Positions 40,301-52,300 of a DNA stretch of 64,000 nt are shown here, piece by piece. Each line of letters opens with the position of its first letter. The stretch's first letter is position 1. This DNA is from Bispira polyomma. Taxonomy: Eukaryota. The notes under the pieces were generated by a model. That model saw nothing but the letters and a program-made list of their open reading frames with translations. It had not been told where the DNA came from and did no database searches. Location of the stretch: positions 37,944,001-38,008,000 of the forward strand of contig OZ287754.1 of the NCBI GenBank assembly GCA_965649765.1. The letters run 5' to 3'. The position numbers and the translations under genes are program-made.

Positions 40301-43300
40301 CTTAAGACAGGGCAGTCTTTGGCCAACCCAGGGCTCACCTCATCCTCAAATGGGTCAAAAACATGCAGAATAGAACAGACATGCATTTGGTTCATCTTCC
40401 TGTGCTTAAAAAGAAATTACTTTGTCCAGTATCTGCACTTACACAGCTACTCTAATCTAGGACTCTATCTCCTTCTGCTCCTCTTTTTGTAGCATCCTCC
40501 CCACCTCACCTACCAGTTATTGACTCTTATATTATATTTGCACCGAAGACCTTGCTGCAGCACGTAGGGGTGGACCATAGTTACATTTTCTGTAGGTTGG
40601 GGGCATCGCTTGCGTTTAATAACAATGTCTCACTACAGCACACAATGTCCCACGGGCTCTGGCGCAGCTTAGCCATATGAGCTTATTTGCAGCACTCTTC
40701 ATCCCAAGTGGCTGCAGTCCCACTCACATTTGCCTCCATCATCCCCTCTTCTCTTTAGTTGGGTTTTGGGTTTATTTTAAAATTTTACCCAAGTTAAATT
40801 TTTAACTACCTTTATTTTATCAACGTGTATATAGAAGTAACATGTACAAAATAAAGCTTTCTTCAAACAAATAATATCTCTCACATTAAATTTACTTCAA
40901 GGTCATTTCACTCTCACTTGGGAACTGAAGTCTGAGTTTGAGCCTTAGCTTCTTTCGGCAATACAGGCCCTGGTCTATATACCAGAAAAAAACTCTCACC
41001 TGGTTCAAATCTAGCCGAGTCTTCAGATACTAGTGTTGAGTCTGTAGTATGCAGTTTCCCTTTGACAGACATCTTTGCATCCATCATATTGATGCTGATT
41101 CTGTATAGCTGGCCTGGGTAGATTACCATGGGAACCAGAGCCACAGGCTCACTGTTGTAAGAAGATGGAGGGCGATAATAAGGTATACATGGTTGGACCA
41201 CATATTACAGATATGATGAAGGGAGCAAGTTGGCAGTAGACTTGCTTAAGGCCAGTGGTTTTCAGAGCACAAAACCTTGACCAACTACCTCTGCTCTGAT
41301 TTCCATCTCTAGTCGACTGCCAGTCATGATATGACACAAGATATGTTAAAGGTGGTGTTAAACTGAAAATGAAAAAAAATTAAAAAGAGGCATTTTTTAT
41401 TTTTTTTATTGCTTTTTTGGTTGTTGAAAACAAATACATACATGCAAGTGTGGTATATACATACAAAAGATACACATAATCCCCCTCCCCGCCAAAAAAA
41501 AACAACAAAACAAAAAAACCGAAAAAAAACCATTATGAACATAAAAGTTTTAACAAAAATACAAAAAGATAAACCAATTAGATAATATGCATAACTTGCT
41601 GCTATTTCATTGATTATTACTTACATTTACATGTACAAAATACTGCTAAAATCATGTCTTTACTTATAGCTTTCTGATAATATTTTTAGTTTAATAAGCA
41701 ATTCTCTATCAACTCTTTTAATGTTCTCGGAGCACAAAATATTTCTTTTATAAGACTCAAATTTCAACTTCACCAAATCTTAAAATACTGATACAGATTT
41801 TTGTTAGTCCTTGTTTTATTAATATACCATTTGCCTAACAATATAATCAGATTTTGTATATTTCATCAATTATACTCAAATGTTTATCCTTTACCCCTAA
41901 AAGATATAATAAGTGGATCTAGGGAGGAGAGCTAAAGTTAAATCTATTTACATATTTTCAGTACTACTTTAAAAGCAGAACAGAAAATATTATGACCGTA
42001 TGTTGAACACTAATCTGTTAACAAAGGTACCAATATATATATAATAAAGTGGCCAAAAATTTGAACCAACACTGCTTTTTTTTAAACTATGATTTCAACT
42101 GTACATCATTTTATCATACATTGTGTCTGTTTTCAATTCCCAAAAACAAAGTTAAATATTTATAAAAAAGATCATAACTCACCCCTTGACTTGTGACTTC
42201 AGCAGACATAACATACATAACAGTGTATTCAGTGAAACATACATTTCCAGCTTCAACTAGTTTTTGCAGTAAAACACAGCTTACACACTGAAAGTTAACA
42301 TGTAAATGCCTCGGGGTCCTTTTACTGCACATGCAGATATCCACAAGGGTGTATGTAACCATTTCCTTTGGCACAAACTATTCAAGAAAAAAGCCTGACA
42401 TAAGAACTAAACCTATGAATTACATGCAATAGAACAATAACCTGATTTATAGATACTCATCTCCGTTGGATTCAAGAAAAGTATATTTAGCAACGTTTCA
42501 ATTTTCGGTGTGACAATAATAAATAAATATAAGGAAATATATATGAATGTGCAGATGTTAATAGAAACAATAGACTTACAACAAAACCCTTCATGTAGCA
42601 ACAATATGTAAAACATTGCCTCCTATTAATCACCAGTTGGATAAATAAGGATAAAGTGCATACGTAAAAAGAAAGCAAACTGAAATAAATAACATTGATG
42701 TCAAAAGAGGGAAACATTGGCTTTGTCTTAAAACAGAACAGGAATATTAATATTAACTTGTAAAAAAGATGAGTTTGACAGAATCTTAGAATAGTTGGCA
42801 CAATACCTTCTATTGTTGAAGTAAGTCGTCATAATAATAAAAGGATGCAGCACAATAACTATGGGCACTTGATTGACTACACTTTGAGATTTAAAATACT
42901 CTACTAATATATTCTCTTTTTTTATATATAGTACATCAATAGGCTGTGTGTTCTTGTATGGCACAAGGAAGCGGAAAGAATATATATATAATATATCAGT
43001 GAACTGTTTTAATAGCTCATTAATAAAATCAACAACTTATTTGAGGGGGAAGGAAACATCCCATGACATGGATACAACAAAACCAGGATAGATCCTGTCC
43101 ATTTATTACTCAGTAAAAAACAGTAAAACCTACATTTACATCTTAGCCAGTGCCAACGTTCTTTTGCAATCCCAACGTTTTTAATATGCATACCTACAGA
43201 TTCCTTATACTTATCGGTGGACTTCAGACATCTTGTGTATATAACACGATTACTTTTGGGGGCTTTTTCAGTCCAACATAACATTTTTACAATCTTAAAA

Positions 43301-46300
43301 CCTTAAGTTGCACCTAACTTTTATTTTCTTCTTTATTTTCTTACTTCCAATCCGATTCAAGCTCAACCACCATGACATCATTCTTTCATCTTTACAGCAT
43401 AATTAATTCGATATTTGAACGAGCAACATCTATTTCAACCTACCACCTCCCGTTACCACAGCAAAGGTTAAGGACTTTTACCAGTTTGTGCGATAGTTAG
43501 AAAAATTAGCTCAGGATTGAGTTGACCCTCTAACCGTGTTGGTCCCTACTTTCATATACTTGCCTTTGGTGTGGTTGCCAAGAGAATTTGGAGCTCTGCT
43601 GGTAGGAACTAATTGTTGTCAGGCGTTTTAGTGCAATAGGTTCCGGGTTCAAATCCTTTCCGGTCAATTCGCCTAATTTGACGCACATATAAATGAATAG
43701 TGAAATGACTATGGTTGGCTTAACTGATAGTTTGTTAGAGCAAGGTTTTATATGGCATTAAATATTCCCAAAGATTTCCCATAAGGAATCCTAGTCTTTA
43801 ATTTGCTAAGAACAAATGTCAAGTGGCCTATCACATGACCTCAGGGAAATTAGGGAAATTATAGTAGAGATAGAAATAAGTATGAAAAATTCCATATAAA
43901 GGTATATTTTCATCTTGAGGCATTGTATATCCCAGTCACCACCTGTAATAAGTAGAGTAAAATAGACTGACTTTAAGGAAAGCTGGGCACCCCTAAGCTG
44001 TGGCCAATATCAGAAATTTGCTTCATGTGTGTTAATTATCTGCTAAGCAGAGAGCTTAAGCACATTATATGTAAAATGAATGATATGGCTTTTTATAACC
44101 CTAATCTACCTACATACAGTACAGGGGAGTAGCCAGGATTTTTCATCTGGTACTCCCAAATTAAACCAATATATTATTATATTATGTTCTTGTTTGTCCT
44201 ACCAAAAATTCAATTCGTGGGGGGAGGGCGGGGGGGCAAGGTAATATTTTGGTTTAATTGGGGGGTACAAAATTTTTTTGATTTAACAACAGGAATCTAT
44301 GTTACTAATAAAACAAGAAGAATGAAATTTTTTTTTTTTTTTTTAATTTTTTTTTTTTCTTTCTTGTTATTAAATTGGTACGCCTGGGCGTACTGGCGTT
44401 AATGGTAGCTACGCCCCTGCAGTATGTACAGTAAAATAGACTGACATCAAGGGAAGCTGGGCCCCACTGAGCTGTCGACAATTTTAGAAGCTTGCTACAT
44501 ATGTGTTAATTGTTTGCTGAGCAGAGATGTTATGCGTATTGATATATGGAATGTATGATAATTGTGTGATTCTAGGAAAACTCATAATGTTAAAAACATA
44601 AAAAAAAACGGTCATTTATGGCGTATTTAATGCTCAGTAAAGGGGTAATTATATTATTTCTAAATACAGGTTTATGCCAGGTTTATGTGCATGTACTACA
44701 TTTGAAACCGGCTTGCTAGTATGTCCAGTGAAAAATTGATCTGGGCAAATGATTGTCTAATAAATATGTAACACCCTATGCTATACAGTATGTAATATCA
44801 TACTAGCATATATATATATATACTCACTAATTTGTACTAAATAAAAGCCTTAAACTCATATTTACTGACTTATAAAACTCAGCATGAAATGCTATGATAA
44901 GTTACTTCCTGAAACTTTACAACTTAACTTCACCTTATAACTTCACCACTTGGTAACTGGACTGAAGCAATGAACCATGGATATAGTGTGTGTATCAGAC
45001 ACAGTCTTATTATAGTTTCACCTTGTATTATAATGTACAAAACCAGAAGGGCACTCAGTAGAGCGCATAGTCCTTGGTCTGAAACTCAAATAAGGCATTG
45101 AACTGACTTTCAGAATGTCTTGTGTCATATCACGACAGTCAGTTGACTGGGGGGGGGGGGGGGATACTTATGGATTTTTTGATGGGGACTCTTAATAGGC
45201 GTGCACGGAGCAAACCTTGTACAAGGTCACCTTGCCGGTGCGATCCTTAGTCACTACTGTGCGGTACTTGCGATGGTGATACGTGGTCAACCCAACCCTT
45301 GAGTTTAGAGATTGATCACACTTGCTGTGGTCATTCTGTGGGCGATATTTGCTGAAATTTAGTTATTTACTACATTTCCGCAAAGCACCTTGCATTCTAG
45401 CTTGTATCTTATGTGATTTCGATCCCTTGTAAACTCGACCACGGGGTGAGTATATGCAACCGGATTCTGTTTGCACAGGAGTCTCTTTTGCAACTCTCAA
45501 AAGTGAGAGGCTTACAAAAATCTGTCTTGTTTCAAAACTAAAGAAGCAATTAATGTATAAGCAACATGTAAATTAAGACGTAATTTAAAGCAAAGGCTAT
45601 TGAGGCGTTTGGTGTCTCCTCACCTTTATTGAATCATATAAAATGTCTGTTTATTTGCTCATTAATTTACTTCCTGAAATAGATTACATGAATTGACTAT
45701 GTTCATTAATCTACCTAGATTTATTGTCACAGATATGTACAGAATTAATCAGCTGGCTACAATTTGTAGCTGATTGAACTTTATCACACTCTTTGAAAGT
45801 TTATTTGTGTTTATGTTTATGACTGGGCAAACATTGGTCTGGTGATCAGAAAATTAAAAATTATACCCTTAAAAAGGTCACATTTCCTTCATTCATGATG
45901 TAGGTAGGGCATATCTTCCTGTTGAGAAAAAACCTCAACAAGTATTTTGCCGAAAAACACAATTAAAAAAATTCAAACACTTTTCCCAGTATGCCTTTGG
46001 CTATCTTCCCTCATGTGTTATTTATATACGAGTCTTGTATGTCTTTTATCAGGATTTGTTGTCACTTTGCAAAATTAGTCTCTGCAGATTGTAAGATGTA
46101 AACAGTGAATCACCAAGTAAAACTGTTCCTGTGTGTTGTTTACAGCCTGTTTTTATCAGGCCCAACCTGATATTGTTTTCATTCTGAAAAGGGCGCTATT
46201 ATTAATAAGGATGCGGTCATCTTTGAAATAATATGTAGAGCATTCATGGATTAGTTGCAGTCAAACCGTCCAAACTGAGGGGTGTCAGAGTGTCTGAATA

Positions 46301-49300
46301 GTGGCCACTTAATTTAGGGTTAGGAGAATATGACATATGACTCAATGGTCCTATAATAAGTTCATAAGGTCAATATACTGTTGTCCCCTAGAGTAAGTCT
46401 ATAAATGTAAACTAAATATTTAACTTATTTCTAATTACACATGCATGTCAGTAAGTGGTGACAAAGTTTATATGGTACTTAAAGGTTCAAAAATTTGACT
46501 CCCAGTAAAGTCAAAGTGGTTACTTGGGGATATCACCAAGATGTGAAACCCACAATTACTTTCTGATGATGTCCGATGCTATGTTGTAAAACTAACCGTA
46601 GATGTGACTCAGATGATGCATTGTTACCAATTTGGCACTATATGAAAGAATTGAAACAAGAGCTAGAAGGCCATTCAGTTGGCTGAATACCTCCGCCAAG
46701 TGTTCCTAAATTCCTGAATCCTCCTTTCTACCTGGATCCACTCTAAAAGTTAGTGGTTCTAGTCTTTCACCCATGCCGCATTTTTAAACCAAATATGAAT
46801 TTTGTCACTAAAGAGAGTATTATGGTAAACCTATTTTGGGTGGGTACAACCAATTGTACTCCTTGTTGTGAGTGAACATTTGTGACTTTTCTGCCAAAAG
46901 TATTTCCCTTGACACCTTTTCCCCCATCTCCTTTGTCAACCCTCACATCTTTCAAAAGGTGTGATGTATTCAATTAGTCAGCCATGCCTTTTTTACTTTG
47001 TGACAATGCACTTCTTGGGGTTAGGTCAGGGATTTTTGTGAAAACAATTTTGTTGTCATAAGAGGGATACCAGGGGGCCATTGTGTGTTTTATCACTTGC
47101 TTTGCCTCACATGTTGTACATTGCCTTGGCATTGCCAGATCTACATGGTTTCCTTGAAACTTTAGTATTAACACATTTAGGCACATTTTTTCAAAACATC
47201 TGCTTACGACATATATTTTAATCTTGCCCAGTCAGCCCTCCAGTGTGTGTTACCTTGATAGTACATGTATTGCTATACACATTTCTACTCTGAAACATTT
47301 TCACATCATTTACAACTTTATTTAGCAATTTATTTTGAACCAAATGACTGACTCTTTCTGCCTTAGAGGATGCGCAAACTGGAACTGCATTACTTTTTCT
47401 ACAATCTTTTGCAGGATGAGAAATAAACGTTTATTTTGGAAACATTGATTACATACATGAGTATAACAGACAACTTTGGTTTCATGGTCCCTTTTTGGGG
47501 GCAAGTGCCCTTTTGAAAAGTATCTATGTGGGGTAGATTTCTCATGACCATTCTTTTGGTTGTTTTACAAGTTACCAGTGCCTTGACTTTGGATGGGCCC
47601 TTTGGGCATGGGCCCGTCTAACTCTGTCCAGTTTATGGCCATTCCCCCCACATTAACTTTCACTCTTCCATTTTGAAAAGAGGTACGGCATGACTGCCCT
47701 TAGCTGAGGACCAAGAAAAATCCTACGAATTCTCTATTAGATCAGTGAGGTAATACATCATTTGGTTTTTGGTATCAAAATGAAACCCTAGAATTATTCT
47801 GTCCACCCAAAACGACCATGGCACTTTTTGTTTCACCCAGACAGTTTCTGTACTCCCTTGTTGGGACTTAAACGTACCTGACTCGTTAATGGCGATGAGT
47901 TCTTTGAGGTGTGAGTCTACTGCTGTCTGCAAGGACCGGGAGGAACGTAGCCTCTGCGGCATGGGTACCAGTAGTTCATCCAGTTGAGATTGCTCGCTGT
48001 GATTGACTTTCTGCACTACCTTGGTCATACGCCCACTTAATGCACGTAATTCAGTTAATATTTGTAGATTAATATCAGCAGAAGCAGTGCAGTAGCTGGT
48101 AGCACTGAACCAGCTATCCCCTACGGGGCTACCCCACAGTAGGTTTTTGCTGTACATCTTAACCAGTATTAATGTTCTATTGTAGTGCCAACGTTTTCAA
48201 TATGCACTCTCACAAATTCCTTATACTTATTGGTGGACTAGAGACATCTTGTTTCGCAATGAACCATGGACGGAGTGTGTATCAGAACTGGTTGTCCATA
48301 TTCGCCGATCTTAAGATGTTCTTAAGATTGGCTTTACAATAATTGGCAAACAAAATTCCTAGTAATGAATCAGTTAGACCTGGGTATTTGGTCTTGTACA
48401 GTCTTGAATTAGGTCATAGATGCTCTTTAGAAGCATAGTGTGACTGGGGCCTAAGTTACCAACCAGTACCCCACAGAAGCTCCTGAGGAGTAACTAGTGT
48501 ACCAATTCCTGAATAACAGAGGGTTATAATTGAACTTGAAATCTACGCACCTTCAGCCATGTTTTTTTTTCTAGCCAATTCGATCTTTTCATTTCAATTT
48601 GAGAAGTTTCCTGTAGTTCAACATGGTAACTAATCACAACCAAAGGACACAATGTACCATGCTTCATGAAGCCAACATCTAATGGCTTGCACAGATGTTT
48701 TGAGTGTGACAATAATTTATTTGTTCTTCAGTTGCAGTAACGATATAATACTATCCATATTAATACGGTAACTCAGTAAATATGTCACCAAAAGATTATT
48801 GATAAGGAAATGTATATTGTAAAACCAGAGGGAAACATTAAGGGCTTTACTAACGGGCTCTACACGACACTACACTAGACTGCATTACAGGGGACGACAG
48901 GTCACAGCGCGGCAGTAATATGTACATAAAACACGACACAGCGCTACATAATCCATATATGCATGTCTGATTGTCCTCCCCTCTAATCATTTTGCTATAC
49001 ATTACATATATGACAACCTAATGACATATTTTTTTATAGATTCCTACAATTAAATTGCAGTGTGGTGTGGTGTGGTATAGTGTCGTGTAGGGGGTGGTCT
49101 AAATAACCTCTGTATATTATCTTATTCCTGTGTTTTTGTGGTGGCGTTTAGTCAGGGTCTGTAAAGCCCTTAATAGAGGTTTGGTCGCACAATGTATTTG
49201 GAGCTATTAACAATGCACAAGTTTGAAATTATGGGGAATAAAATGTTCAAAATGCAAATTTATTGTGAAGGTTTTCCTTTAGGATTTTATTACTGTTTGT

Positions 49301-52300
49301 TACTGGTGGTAACAAAATGTAATAAAAACTAAATTGGTATTTATGATATCCTAGTGATCCCATAAAAGACGAAAAATACATATACACCCAACATAAGCAT
49401 AACCACAGCAGTTTTACCAAACTTACCATTTTCGCAGGTTCCAGCAGTTTCAACCACAGTTTGGAGGAGATTGCCTAGTTTTAACATTTTGGTCATGGGG
49501 AATTCTTATATTACATGTGGTTAAATCTTTTACATACGTGCCAATTTTGGGAAAAGGTTCTGTATAAAGTTGCTGTCCGCCTCGTTAATATTGAACCGTG
49601 TAGGTGATCCCTAGTTTTAATTACTTGAGTTTGTCAGAAACGTCTAAAGTTAATAAGGAATGGTTTTTACGATGTGTTTACAATGTAAAAATTGTAACGA
49701 GAATAGCCTGTAAAAAGGGCAGGTGAAGGCTTTTGCAGGGTTATTATGGTTCCGAGTAACACTTCAGACTATAGTAGTAACCAGTTTGCATAGCCATTTG
49801 ACCTACTTTCTAATTAGGATGGCTATGACGCATTACCAGACAAGACAATTTCTGAAGTGAAGAAAAGGTGTGTTCGCTTTTCCCACATAAAACATTGTAT
49901 TTGTACATCAATTATCTCTTTTATTTTTTCTAATAAGGAGTTTGGTGTCAGTTTATTTGCTCACTAATTTGCTTCTTGGAATAGATTACATGAATTGACT
50001 GTTGTCATTTATATATCCAGATTTATTGTGACAGACATTTATTGAGAAATTTACAGAAATACCCAACTGGCTATAATTTAGAGCTAATTGAGCTCTATTA
50101 CATAAAAGTTTGTTTGTGTTCATGTTTATGACATTGGTCTGGTGATCAGAAAGTTACAAATTAGACCCTTAATAAGGTCACATTTCATTTATTCAATATT
50201 GAAGGTATACCTTCCCGTTTAGATAAAACGTCAACAAGCCCAAACGTGATAATTGTGAGCTAATTATTAAAATGATTAGATTAAAAACATATTGCATCAG
50301 TAAAACACACAGTAAATAAAATTTATTACTGTCTTTTGGGCATAAGGTCACCTTATAGCACTGAGTACACAATGTACTCATGCATTGTATTGTATTCGCA
50401 TTAAAATTGTTCAAATCTCACTATTCAAAATTTCATTCAAGATTAACATTGGGTTTACTTTAGACTGTCCTAAACTCAAGTTATGGGGACCTTACACCTC
50501 CATTAATGGTGACTTTACACTCACCTCTAGGTGTCCTTACATCCATGCTAAGGTGACCTTATGCCCACAAAAATGAGCTGTTTTTATGCAAATACTAGAT
50601 TTTAACGTAGTAACTAATTGAAATTGAACCACTTTTCTTTTACTATCTCTGGTGTTTATAAACTATCTATGTCACTGAACCCTAAGGCTCTGAAACCCAA
50701 CTTATACGACCAAAAAGATGTCACTGAACCCTAAGGCTCTGAAACCCAACTTATACGACCAAAAAGGCACAATTCAAAAAAATGCAAGCACTTTTCCCAC
50801 TTTTGGCTATCTTCCCTCATGTGTTATTTATATACGAGTCTTGTATATCTTTTATCAGGATTTGTTGTCACTTTGCAAAATTAGTCTCTGCAGTTTGTAA
50901 GATGTAAACAATGAATCATTAAGTAAAACTTTTTCTGTGCGTTGTTTACAGTCTTTCTTTATAAGGCTCTGCCTGATATTGTTTTCATTCAGAAAATGGG
51001 CGTCATCAATGTTAGTGTATTTCACACTGTGTGCCTGTGTCTTTTTATAAGACAACTATTGTTCCTGCTAAATCTCTTTGCTTTGATAGCATCAATCATA
51101 CTATACTTTGTGTGATATAAGACTAGGTATATCTAACATACATGCTTAGAAGACATTAGCACGCTTTTTCAGTATAATACATGTGCGAAGGTATCAACAC
51201 GCTTTTCCAGTATAATACATGTCCACAACTAGACTCTTGGATCACAAAATTTTAATCACACACTGATGTTGATGCTTGATGTTGTTTTTATTCTGAAAAG
51301 GATGCAGCCATTGAAAAAGGTACCGTTATCTTAGAAATAATATGTACGGTCTGAATGGATTTGTTGGAAGCAATTGATCCATTTAAACTGAGAGGTGTCA
51401 GATATATTGTTATCAAGTGCAGCCTGCCTGAGTATCTGTCTTTTTAAAAAGACAACTCTTATTCTTCTACTGGACTACTCTTTGCTGCTCTTCATTAAGG
51501 GTGTATAACACAGATGATGCTTAGGTATTGACCGTAATACTGTAGAAGGTTTAACATTATCTCCAGTGGCAGGCTAAAGAACATTTGCGACGTTGATAAA
51601 TGGTTCCCCTCAACTAAAATATAAGAGACATACTGGTACTAGTTAGCTTTATTTGTGCAAAAAATGAATGTGAATGTAAAAGGAAATACCAGGTAGTAAA
51701 GTTAGATCTAACTTTATCGAATGTTTTTAGTTTATTTGTGAGCTACTAATTGGGTATGTTACAATAACAAAATAGCAGAACAAGTATTCATTATGGTGTT
51801 AAACTTAAACTATCAATAACCTCAAAATCTGTCCTGATATTACTTTGTGTATGACAAATTAAGATATCTAAAATCTGGCTATGTTTTTTAATTAATCTAT
51901 GAATGTCAAAGTTTTTGCAATTAATACGTACATTGCCTATGGGTATTTGAGTTTAGACATGACTTTAAACTTAAAAGATTTGGTAAATAAAGCCCCTGGT
52001 GTATCAGTAGAACTGCTACTTGTCTGTCCGTCTCTAATTCGGAAATATTATCACTGGATTTTTAAAGCATGTGCTGCATAATTCATGTCTGTATGGTACA
52101 TACGAGTCTTGTTAGACTGTGCTGTGTTGAGCTATTGATTACGACCTTTCAAGAGTTTTTTGTTTCCAATAAAAGTACATCAAAGTGGCAAATTTAAGCA
52201 ATAAAGGCCCCAGGCTTACTTTATTTAGGCATTTTATTTAGTGCCAGCTACAGATATATATAGCTACTACAGTATTGGGAGTTGAAATGAGTAAAATGTT

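Noticed and set aside
43590-43680. tRNA gene suggested by ggttcaaatcc
   Set aside because: No cloverleaf can be formed; more likely a decayed SINE head.
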